The notes under the pieces: model-generated | The model's input: only the letters and a program-made list of their open reading frames with translations | Databases searched by the model: none | Told to the model about the DNA's origin: nothing | Shown here: in pieces, positions 19,478 through 28,035 of the stretch | Layout of the letters: each line of letters begins with the position of its first letter | How positions within the stretch are numbered: the stretch's first letter is position 1 | Translations under genes and position numbers: made by a program | Assembly: GCA_005773625.1 (NCBI GenBank) | Contig: SXHR01000131.1 | Coordinates: forward strand, 1 to 44,281 | Reading direction: 5' to 3' | Length of the DNA stretch: 44,281 nt | Source of the DNA: Planctomycetaceae bacterium | GTDB taxonomy: Bacteria > Planctomycetota > Planctomycetia > Pirellulales > UBA1268

Positions 19478-20371
19478 TCAGGATGAGGAGAGAACCTGGT
19501 GAAGATGGAAGTGAAACTTCCCGAGTTTGCCGCCGTAGTTGCCGGCGGAGATGGCGGGCACATCGGGCCCGGCGGCCGCCTGAATGCCCGCGGCCATCGC
19601 CTGGACCACGGCCTCCTCGTGGCTGCCGTCGATCACGATTTCGAGACAGCAGCTTGCCGCGGGATGCAGGCTCGTCGGCTCACGGCCGGCGAGCCCGGGG
19701 CAAAAGGCCTCGTTGGTGCTCGCCCTGAGCGTCTCGTAACGGGAACCGACCTTGCTCCCCGATCGAACAACGCCCCCCGGAAACGGCGTGATCGTGCCGG
19801 GAATCGTCGCCACCGCCTCCACGGCCAGACGGGCGGCCCGCAGCGCTGCATCGAGGGAGCGGCCCTGCACGATGAAGTTGCCGCCGCCGATACCCTTGGC
19901 CATGCCTGCCGTTTCCTCGACGAGAAACTCGCCGTCCATCACCGGCACCCGCCAGAACCGCCGGCCGTCGACGACCTTCGACTTCTCGTGGCCGTCTCCG
20001 AAAAACCGCACGTGTCCGCCGAGGGGAATGCGTTCCTCCGCGACCGGCATGCCATCGAACACCGCCGTGGTCGGGCAGGTGAGAAGGCATTGGGCCACGC
20101 GGTTGGCCACCGCTTTTGCCAGGCTCTCCCCGGAGAAAGCGAAGAGGAGCACGAGTCCGCCGGGCCGGCCGTCCGGAGTTTGGTGGGCTGCGAGGAGCCG
20201 CTCCACCCCGACTTCGGCGTCACAGCCGATCACGCTCGTGCCGTAGCCACAGGTTGCCCGCAGGGCGGCGTCGAGCCAGTGCGTGTCATGGGCCGTGACA
20301 AGCAGCCGACAGTATCGCAGCCGGAACGCCTCGGCGAAGGTATCGACGATGCTTGTGGATCCGATGAACAC
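19478..20371 (-). CDS. ftr: Formylmethanofuran--tetrahydromethanopterin N-formyltransferase (Ftr/FhcD-like)
   Basis: IVDTFAEAFRLRYCRLLVTA..., GGNFIVQGRSLDAALRAARLAVEAV and TPFPGGVVRSGSKVGSRY match the Ftr family as I recall it. The ORF-track start at 20584 would add about 70 non-homologous residues. The preferred start is GTG 20369-20371, preceded by GAGGAGG, giving 297 aa, the usual Ftr length. Confidence 0.88.
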   Translation of the reverse strand: MFIGSTSIVDTFAEAFRLRYCRLLVTAHDTHWLDAALRATCGYGTSVIGCDAEVGVERLLAAHQTPDGRPGGLVLLFAFSGESLAKAVANRVAQCLLTCPTTAVFDGMPVAEERIPLGGHVRFFGDGHEKSKVVDGRRFWRVPVMDGEFLVEETAGMAKGIGGGNFIVQGRSLDAALRAARLAVEAVATIPGTITPFPGGVVRSGSKVGSRYETLRASTNEAFCPGLAGREPTSLHPAASCCLEIVIDGSHEEAVVQAMAAGIQAAAGPDVPAISAGNYGGKLGKFHFHLHQVLSSS

Positions 20372-20527
20372 CGGGGGTGCCTCCTCGCCGTCGTGAAAGT
20401 GGAACAGGCCCTGGCCACGGCGGAATCGAGTGTTCCCCCGATCCGGGTGATCGCGTATTCTAGGCCCGGGCCGCGTTTCGGGGTTTCGTGGCGTTGCTCG
20501 CTCGTTTTGTAACGGAGGATACCGCCG

Positions 20528-22945
20528 ATGCTGACGCTGTTGCTCTGGTTGATTCCGCGCCGCCCCCTGTCGGGCCGCTGGCATGTCGTGGCGGGCGCTC
20601 TCGGCGTCTTCGTCGGTTCGCTGGCCCCGGCCACCGAGGGGGATGCCCCTGCGGCAAAGCAGGCCGATCTGGGCGTGGCGATCGTGCCGAGCGACGCGGC
20701 CTTCCTCTCCTCCTCGCCAAGACTTCGCGAACAGTACGAGCGGATCGCGAACAGCAACGCCTTTGCCGCGCTCAAGGCGCTGCCGGTCGTGAAGCGGGCG
20801 ATCGCGTCCATCGACGAGCAGCGGACGACCCCCGGCAGTCCGTTCTCGACCTTCGAGACGTTCATGCAGCTTCCCGAGAATGAGCGGGCCGTGGGACTGC
20901 TCGCCGACATGGTGTCCACCGACACCTTCGTCTACGGCGAGCCCTCGTGCATCTCGTTCTGCAGGCTCGTCCGCAGACTCACCGACGCCCTGCGGAAGAC
21001 GGACGTGAGTGCCATGCGGGCCGGTGTCGAACTCCAGGGCGTCGTGGCGATCGCCGCCGCCGGTGACGACGCGATGGACGAAGAAGACCGCGGAGGATTC
21101 TCGGAGGAGAACGCCGGAGAGAACGACGGCGCAGAGGGCTTCGGCGGGGGGATGCTCGAAGAGGGGGGCCTCGACATGGAGTTCGATGGTGATTTCGACG
21201 GCCGCCAGGCGGCCCTCATGCTCCAGGCGCTGGCCGACAACCCCGATCTCGTCGTGGTTCCCGATGTCGTGTGGGGCTTCAGGATCAAGGACCGCGACCT
21301 CGGCGCCGACCAGCTCAAGCGGCTCGCCGTGCTCGCCAGGTTGCTGCTCGAATCGGATCCCGATCTCGCGGAATCATTCGAGCAGCGGCAGGTGGCCGGG
21401 GCCGAGATGCTCACGTTCACGCTCGCCGGCGACCGCATGCCTTGGGATGAAATCGAGCGCGGCATGATCGACGCGACCGGCGACGAGGAGCTGGTCGGCA
21501 GGGTTCTGGAGCGGCTGCAGAGGCTCGATGTCGTGGTGGCGATCGGACTCATCGGCGATTGGATGATTCTCTCCATCGGCGACTCCGTCGATCATCTCGA
21601 GAAACTCGCCCTTCCCGGAAGCGGCAGAAAGGGGCTGCTCACGCTTCCCGCCTTCAAGCCGCTCCTCGACCACCTCGACAAGCCGATCACCGGGATCTCC
21701 TACATCAGCGGGTCGCTGAACGAGGCGCTCGCGACCTCCCGCGCCGACATCGAGGCGATCGCCTCGCTCACCGACGAAGTCAACGACGGCAGCATGTCGG
21801 CGGAGGCGAAGGCGGATGTCCGCAAACTCATCACCCGCGCGGCCGACGAATACGAGAAGCGGCTTCCGGTTCCCGGCCCGTGGACGGCGTTCTCGTTCAT
21901 CGGCGAACAGGGCTACGAGGGGTATGTCTGGAACTGGACGGGCAACCAGCCCTTGGAGGGCTCGAAGCGGCTCGATCTCCTGGAACACGCCGGCGGCGCC
22001 CCCTTGGGTGTGCTCGTGTCGCGGATCAAGTCAGATCCCGCCGCGCTCGACGTGGCCGTCGATGTCGCCCAGTCCGCTTGGGCGCTCTTCGAGAAGCACG
22101 GTCGGCCGCAGCTCAGCGACGAGGATGCCGAGGGTTTCGACGAGTTCGCCGAGCACATCGCCCCGCTGGCGGGCAAGTTCGCGACGATCCTCCGCGACAA
22201 GATCCTGAAGGCGATGTCCGACGGCCAGATCGGTCTCGTGCTCGACTCCAAGGCGCGGACCAAGCGGCCGCAGGCGGAACTGCCGGCGTCCTCGGAACCG
22301 CTGCCGCTGCCGGAGCCCGCGATCGTGTTGTCGCTCGACGATCCGAAGCTCTTCCGTGAGGGGCTCAGCGACCTGTTCGAGCTGGGAGACGAACTCACCA
22401 AGGCGATGGCCGGCATGAATCCCGGTGAAGTGCCCGCGGGCTACCGCATCCCCGAGCCCGAGAAAGCGAAGATCGAAGGGGGGACGGTCTGGTCGTGGCC
22501 GCTGGGGGACAGTCAGCTCGACGAGCAGATCCGGCCCACGATCGGCGTGGGGGAGAAGGCGGCGGTGTTTTCGCTGGTGGCCAAGCAGGCGGATCGCATG
22601 CTCGTGGAGAGCCGGCTGGAGACGGGGGCCCAGCTGACGAAGTTCGACGAGCCGCTGGCGGGGGCCGCGGCGGTCGATTTCGCGGGGCTGGTCGACGTGC
22701 TCCAGCCGTGGGTCGTGTATCTGACCCGCTACGGCTGCGTTCAGGAGCGGGACGGCTCGGTCGATCCCGACGTCGAGCTCACCGCCGCCGACGAGAATGA
22801 GCAGGCGAAGGAGGCTCTGGAGCACGCCCGGGTGGTGCTCGAGGCGCTCAAGTCACTCCGCGCGGCGGTCGCCGAAACGTCGTTCCGGGACGATGCGCTC
22901 GTCACGCATTGGCAAAACGTCATTCGCGACATGCCGGCAAAGTGA
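20528..22945 (+). CDS. Exported or membrane-anchored protein of unknown function (805 aa)
   Basis: Start is ATG 20528, 8 nt after GGAGGA (20514-20519). It has a hydrophobic N-terminus (MLTLLLWLIP...VVAGALGVFVGSLAPA) and an acidic, balanced composition. I recognise no catalytic motif. Confidence 0.75.
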   Translation: MLTLLLWLIPRRPLSGRWHVVAGALGVFVGSLAPATEGDAPAAKQADLGVAIVPSDAAFLSSSPRLREQYERIANSNAFAALKALPVVKRAIASIDEQRTTPGSPFSTFETFMQLPENERAVGLLADMVSTDTFVYGEPSCISFCRLVRRLTDALRKTDVSAMRAGVELQGVVAIAAAGDDAMDEEDRGGFSEENAGENDGAEGFGGGMLEEGGLDMEFDGDFDGRQAALMLQALADNPDLVVVPDVVWGFRIKDRDLGADQLKRLAVLARLLLESDPDLAESFEQRQVAGAEMLTFTLAGDRMPWDEIERGMIDATGDEELVGRVLERLQRLDVVVAIGLIGDWMILSIGDSVDHLEKLALPGSGRKGLLTLPAFKPLLDHLDKPITGISYISGSLNEALATSRADIEAIASLTDEVNDGSMSAEAKADVRKLITRAADEYEKRLPVPGPWTAFSFIGEQGYEGYVWNWTGNQPLEGSKRLDLLEHAGGAPLGVLVSRIKSDPAALDVAVDVAQSAWALFEKHGRPQLSDEDAEGFDEFAEHIAPLAGKFATILRDKILKAMSDGQIGLVLDSKARTKRPQAELPASSEPLPLPEPAIVLSLDDPKLFREGLSDLFELGDELTKAMAGMNPGEVPAGYRIPEPEKAKIEGGTVWSWPLGDSQLDEQIRPTIGVGEKAAVFSLVAKQADRMLVESRLETGAQLTKFDEPLAGAAAVDFAGLVDVLQPWVVYLTRYGCVQERDGSVDPDVELTAADENEQAKEALEHARVVLEALKSLRAAVAETSFRDDALVTHWQNVIRDMPAK

Positions 22946-23017
22946 GCCGCGGGATCCCTGAGCGGCGGTAGTTCTTTGATGCGCGGGTTGATCCGCCGGC
23001 CCCGGGCGACGGCGGCC

Positions 23018-24724
23018 TCAGAGCCGGCCGGCAAGGCCGGTGGCCCGCCGGATCGGCCGCCTGATCGCGTCCGCGATCGCTTCGCGGGAGCCGACGACCG
23101 TCACCTTCTCGATCGCCCGCGTGACGCCGGTGTAGAGCAGTTCGCGGGTCACGATCCGGCTTTGCCGCTCCGGCAGGACCACGACCACGTGACGGTATTC
23201 GGACCCCTGGCTCTTGTGGATCGTCAGGGCATGAACGGTCGCCACGTCTTCCAGCCGTGAGACGGGCACCCGCCGCGGTTCGCGGCCCGTGGGAAACACC
23301 GCATCCATCTGGCCCCGGTTGGCCCCCGGCACGATCAGGCCGATGTCGCCATTGAAGAGATCGAGCGCGGGATTGTTGCGGGTCACGAGCACCGGCCGGC
23401 CGGCATACCAGGGCGAGCCCCCCGCCACGCCGAGACGCCGCTCCACGACCGCATTCCAGCCCGCCACGCCGAGCGGCCCCTCGCGATGGCCGCAGAGCAC
23501 CTGCAGCGATTTCTGGACTTCGAGGGCGTCCGCGACGTCGCCCGACTCGGCCAGTTCCTGGAGCCGCCGGGCATGCGCGACGGCGGCATCGACGAGGGCG
23601 TTGAACTCCGCCGTGTGGGGCTCGACCCGGCAAACGGCCGCCGGGTCGTCTGCGGGGCCGGCCACGGCCTCGGCCGCCGCTGGCTGGGTGCCGTCGAGGA
23701 TGGCCAGCGCGGCGGCCGCGTCAGCGGCGAGGATCGCGTCGGCCAAGCCCGCGATCCGCCCCCCAAACCGATGCCGAACGGTGAGCCTCGTCGTGCGGGC
23801 TGCGAGCGGTGATCCGGACGGCTCGGCCGCCTTCGCGAGATCGGCCAGCACCGAACCCGCATCGACGCTCGCCAACTGATCGGGGTCGCCGACGAGCAGC
23901 AGCCGGGTGTCGGCGGAGAGCGCGGCGAGCAGGTGGAACATCAGTGAACTGGAGAGCATCGACGCCTCGTCCACCACGACGAGATCGTAGGCCAGCGGAT
24001 TGCCGGCATTGAACCGGTAGCGGGTCGTGCCCTGCGGGCGGTTGCCCAGGAGTTTATGGACCGTCACGGGGCGGGCCGCCTCGACCGCAGCCCGCGCGGC
24101 GGCGCCGGCGGCGCGAACCTCCTCCGGGGCGTTGGGATCGTGGAGTCGATTTCGCAGGGCCTCGGCCATCCGCGCCGCCGCCTTGCCCGTCGGGGCCGCG
24201 AGGGCGATCCGGGTGTGCGGGTCGGCCTGAAACAGTTCGATCAGTCGCTTGGCCACCGTCGTCGTCTTGCCGGTGCCCGGGCCGCCGAGCAGGATTTCGA
24301 CCCGGCCCGCGGTCGTGCCGGAGAGCCGCCGCGCGATCTCCTGTTCCTCGTGCAGCGATCGGGCCACATAGAGGCGGTCGCCGTCGAGAATGAAGGGCGA
24401 ACGGTCCCCCGGCGTGCCCACGAGCGGGCCGGCCGATCGAAGCGCATTTTTCCAGCTGGCCGCCGCGGCCGGCCAGCAAAGACTGCCGCCGGCAGCGGGC
24501 TCGATGCCCCCCGCCCAGGCGTCGATCCCGGAGAGAACCACGCAGGTGTGACCATCCCGCGGCGTGCGGAGAGCCAGGCCCATCGCAACCCAGGCCAGCG
24601 GCTCGGGAGCGAGGCCCGGCTGCTGGCGGCCGGCCATGTCAACGAGCAGCGCGGTGGCCGCGACATCGTCGGCCGAGATCACCTGGGCGGCGACGTAGGG
24701 GGCGAGTTCCGCAGGAATCCTCAT
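23018..24724 (-). CDS. recD: Exodeoxyribonuclease V alpha subunit (RecD helicase)
   Basis: Walker A is LLGGPGTGKTTTV and Walker B is LVVVDEASML. Other SF1 motifs are LLLVGDPDQLASV, TIHKSQGSEY and LLYTGVTRA. The preferred start is ATG 24722-24724, which overlaps the recB stop (ATGA) and gives 568 aa. Confidence 0.9.
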   Translation of the reverse strand: MRIPAELAPYVAAQVISADDVAATALLVDMAGRQQPGLAPEPLAWVAMGLALRTPRDGHTCVVLSGIDAWAGGIEPAAGGSLCWPAAAASWKNALRSAGPLVGTPGDRSPFILDGDRLYVARSLHEEQEIARRLSGTTAGRVEILLGGPGTGKTTTVAKRLIELFQADPHTRIALAAPTGKAAARMAEALRNRLHDPNAPEEVRAAGAAARAAVEAARPVTVHKLLGNRPQGTTRYRFNAGNPLAYDLVVVDEASMLSSSLMFHLLAALSADTRLLLVGDPDQLASVDAGSVLADLAKAAEPSGSPLAARTTRLTVRHRFGGRIAGLADAILAADAAAALAILDGTQPAAAEAVAGPADDPAAVCRVEPHTAEFNALVDAAVAHARRLQELAESGDVADALEVQKSLQVLCGHREGPLGVAGWNAVVERRLGVAGGSPWYAGRPVLVTRNNPALDLFNGDIGLIVPGANRGQMDAVFPTGREPRRVPVSRLEDVATVHALTIHKSQGSEYRHVVVVLPERQSRIVTRELLYTGVTRAIEKVTVVGSREAIADAIRRPIRRATGLAGRL

Positions 24725-27700
24725 GATCGCACCCCCGTCAGGTCGCCCGCAAACAGTTCGCTCAGCCGCTTCCAGATGCCGGCTGGCGGCTGCCACGTGA
24801 ACACGCCGTAGCGACGGCCTGCGGCGTCGGTCGGCGTCGAGGGCCCCTTCATTCCGCGGATGAAGCCGTAGACCACGCCGGCGAGGCACTCCTCCGGATC
24901 CCAGCCTTCCGGCTTGAGATGGCCGAGCCGCCAGCGGAGCATCCGCCAGACGGCCGTGCCGTAGATGAGCGCCTGCAGCGGATAATGATGGTGGGCCATG
25001 GCCTCGACGAGTTTGGGCGGTGCATAGGCCGCCAGCGGCAGCGCGGCCTCCCGATCGTGAAGTCTGTTGGTCTTGTAGTCGGCGATGACGAGCCGCGGAT
25101 CGTCGGCAGGCCGGCCGGGCAGCCGCAGCACGGCGTCGATCGAGCCGTTGATGAGCCCCGCCAAGGGCACGTCGAAGGCCCGCCCGGCGAGGTCGTCGGC
25201 GTAGGCGGCGAGCGGATCGCCGGCCGGCAGAAACGCCTTCAGCACCCGGCCCACGTCGCTGGCAACCGCGCCCCGGCGAAGGTCGGCGAGGCCCATCTCG
25301 AAATCCATTTCGGCGAGCCGATCGGCGGTCGTGAAGTCGCCAAATGTCAGCTCGCGAAACAGGCTGCCGGGAGGGCCGCCGAACGGCGTCCGGATCGCGG
25401 CGGAGAGCATGTCGCCGAGGGCGTCCTGGTGTGGTCGCAGGAACCGCGACGTGGCCACCTCGCCGACTGCGGCGCTGACCAGGGCGGTGAGCGTCGTCGC
25501 ATCACCGCCGGGCACCACCTCGATCCGTTCGAAGATCTCGTGCACCGCACTGCCGAACGCCGTGCCCGCCGGCAGGTCGGGAATCGTGAACGAGTCGAGC
25601 GGCGAAGCGGCCTCGGCGGCCCTCGCGGCGGGAGCGGCGGTGATGGTTTCCGAGCTCGCCGCCGTTTCGCCCCGCCCCTCGTCGTGGCCGCGGTCCACGG
25701 CCGCGTAGGGTTGCCCGCTCAGGCGGGCGGCCTCGGCGGTGATGCCGCTGAACGACGTGCGGCGATAGGTCCGCTCGACCTCCGCGGGCATCGGGGCGAC
25801 GCCGAGCGGGGGCTCTGTCCCGGTGGCCTCCCGCGGTTTCCAGGCCTCCGCGGGCGGGAGGTCGTGCGCCATCCGCACGGCCAGCCGCGACGCATCCTCC
25901 GCGGCGATCGCGGCCGCCGACGCGGCCGCCCCGGGCAGCGCCTCCGCGAGCAGCGATTCCTGCCATCCGGCGGAGCGCAACACGCAGAGGTGGTGCCGCG
26001 GACGGGTGACGGCCACGTAGATCAGCCGGCGGAACTCGTCGTTGTCCGCCTCCGTCACCCGTGTCTTCGCGAGGTCCGAAGTGCCGATCTCGGGGATCGC
26101 CAGCCCGATGTCGAGTCGGCGGTCGTCACCGTCGTAAAACACCGCCGGCCCCTTCTGCCGTGACGCTTCCTTGGCCTTCCAGTCATCGACCACCACGACG
26201 CACGGGAACTCGAGTCCCTTGGCGGCATGCACCGACATGATCTTGACCGCGTCGGCATCGCTCTCGACCCGCCTGCTCACGAGCTCCCCCTTCTCGTCCA
26301 TGGTGGCCAGCTCCCCGAGCCGCTCGAGCATCACCCGGGCATGGCAGCCCTTGCCGTCGCTGGCGTCGTGGAGCAGTTCGACGATGTGGGCGACGTCGAC
26401 GATCCGCCGCTCGCCCCCCATGCCCTCCGCAAGCCGCTTGGCCATGTCCTGGTCGGCCATCATCGCGGCCGCCATCGCCGCGATTCCCCTCTGCTGCAGG
26501 GCGGCATGCAGCGTGGCCAGCCGCTCCTGCACAGCCTGTTCCCGGGCCTCACCGAGGCTCGCGACCTCGGTGAGCGATGCGCCGAAGAATGCCGTGGCCG
26601 CGGCGCGGCGGGCCCGGCCCGCATGGCTCGGCCGCTCCATGGCCTCGAGCAGGATGCGGATGTCCTCCGCCATCTGGCCGGCCATCACGCTGGCGGTGCC
26701 GGTGGTCACGGCGGGGATGCCGAGCCCGTTGAGCCGCTTGCCGATGTTTCCGCCGAGCGCGTTGATCCGCACGAGCACGCAGATCTCCCCGGGACGGATG
26801 GGCCGCCTGGCGGTCGGGTCGAACTTCGCGAGCGTCAGGAGCTCATGCACCTTGCGGACGGCCGCCTCGGCGGGCGACCCCTCGCCGACATCGACGAACT
26901 CGACCGGTCGCAGGGGAACGATCTGGGCGACCGCGCGGTCGTCGGCCGCCGTCACCCGCTGATACGAGATGTCGGTTCCGAACGTCGCGCCCGCCATCGT
27001 CCTGTTGAGACCTTCGAGCAACGGGGCGTCGGAGCGGCGGTTGACCGTGAGCGTGCGGCGGGGCGGCCCCGCACCATCGGCCGCCACGCCCCGCTGCGAG
27101 AACCGCAGGTAGGCCGTGACGTCGGCGCCCCGGAAGCCGGAGATCGCCTGCTTCGGATCGCCGACGGCGATCAGCGGCCGGTCGCCGTTCGGCGGGAAGA
27201 TCTCGTGGAGAAACTCCCACTGCAGGCGGCTGGTGTCCTGCGCCTCATCCACGATCGCCAGCCGAAACTTCCGGCGGAGTTCGTCGCGGAACCCCCGCCC
27301 CTGCGGATCGTCGCGGCTGACCTCTTCCCAGGCCCGCCGCAGGAGGTCGTCAAAACTCGGGCTCCCCCGCATCCGTTCGTGCACCCGCGCCACGCAGCCG
27401 TCGATGATCGTGGCGGCGAGGTCGAGGGCAGCCGCCTCGTCGGCGGTGCGACCGGCGCGGTCGAACCAGTTGCTGATGAAGGGATCGCCGAGATGCTTGA
27501 CGACGAGCTGCTGCAGCCGCTTCTCGTCCCAGTGGCGGCCGTGGGTCGCCTCGGTGACGACCGCGTCGTTGACCACCTCGACGACGACCCGGTCGCGGAG
27601 GTCTTCATCACCGGTGTCGGCGGCCTCGAAACCCGCCATCCGCAGCACCCGCGAACAGATCGAGTGGATCGTGCCGATCGTGGCGGTGTCGAACTCCGCG

Positions 27701-28035
27701 ATCGCCCGCTCCAGCCGACGGGCCTTCACCGTCCAGCCCGCCTCGTCGGCCCGCAGCGACGTGTCGAGCTCGTCAGGCACGTGGCCGGGCACCTCCTTGC
27801 CGCGGAGGAGACGGGCCGAGAGCACCATCCGCCCGCGGATCCGGTCGCGGAGTTCGGCCGCCGCGTTTCGCGTGTAGGTCGTCACGAGCACGTTGCCGAT
27901 CCGCAGGCTCTCGTCGGTGGCGATCGCGAGCGTGACGTGCGCCGCCACGGAATAGGTCTTCCCCGTGCCGGCGCTCGCCTCGATGAGCGTGCCGTTGGGG
28001 AGCGGATAGGCGTCGAGTCGGAATTGTTCTGTCAT
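24721..28035 (-). CDS. recB: Exodeoxyribonuclease V beta subunit (RecB helicase-nuclease)
   Basis: UvrD-like motifs: EASAGTGKTYS, AIVDEAQDTS, VGDPKQAISGFRGAD, VNRRS, MSVHAAKGLEFP, IYVAVTRPR. The C-terminal PD-(D/E)xK nuclease region reads GSIDAV...VIADYKTNRL...YPLQALIY. The preferred start is ATG 28033-28035 (MTEQFRLDAY...), which overlaps the recC stop (ATGA). Confidence 0.92.
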   Translation of the reverse strand: MTEQFRLDAYPLPNGTLIEASAGTGKTYSVAAHVTLAIATDESLRIGNVLVTTYTRNAAAELRDRIRGRMVLSARLLRGKEVPGHVPDELDTSLRADEAGWTVKARRLERAIAEFDTATIGTIHSICSRVLRMAGFEAADTGDEDLRDRVVVEVVNDAVVTEATHGRHWDEKRLQQLVVKHLGDPFISNWFDRAGRTADEAAALDLAATIIDGCVARVHERMRGSPSFDDLLRRAWEEVSRDDPQGRGFRDELRRKFRLAIVDEAQDTSRLQWEFLHEIFPPNGDRPLIAVGDPKQAISGFRGADVTAYLRFSQRGVAADGAGPPRRTLTVNRRSDAPLLEGLNRTMAGATFGTDISYQRVTAADDRAVAQIVPLRPVEFVDVGEGSPAEAAVRKVHELLTLAKFDPTARRPIRPGEICVLVRINALGGNIGKRLNGLGIPAVTTGTASVMAGQMAEDIRILLEAMERPSHAGRARRAAATAFFGASLTEVASLGEAREQAVQERLATLHAALQQRGIAAMAAAMMADQDMAKRLAEGMGGERRIVDVAHIVELLHDASDGKGCHARVMLERLGELATMDEKGELVSRRVESDADAVKIMSVHAAKGLEFPCVVVVDDWKAKEASRQKGPAVFYDGDDRRLDIGLAIPEIGTSDLAKTRVTEADNDEFRRLIYVAVTRPRHHLCVLRSAGWQESLLAEALPGAAASAAAIAAEDASRLAVRMAHDLPPAEAWKPREATGTEPPLGVAPMPAEVERTYRRTSFSGITAEAARLSGQPYAAVDRGHDEGRGETAASSETITAAPAARAAEAASPLDSFTIPDLPAGTAFGSAVHEIFERIEVVPGGDATTLTALVSAAVGEVATSRFLRPHQDALGDMLSAAIRTPFGGPPGSLFRELTFGDFTTADRLAEMDFEMGLADLRRGAVASDVGRVLKAFLPAGDPLAAYADDLAGRAFDVPLAGLINGSIDAVLRLPGRPADDPRLVIADYKTNRLHDREAALPLAAYAPPKLVEAMAHHHYPLQALIYGTAVWRMLRWRLGHLKPEGWDPEECLAGVVYGFIRGMKGPSTPTDAAGRRYGVFTWQPPAGIWKRLSELFAGDLTGVRS

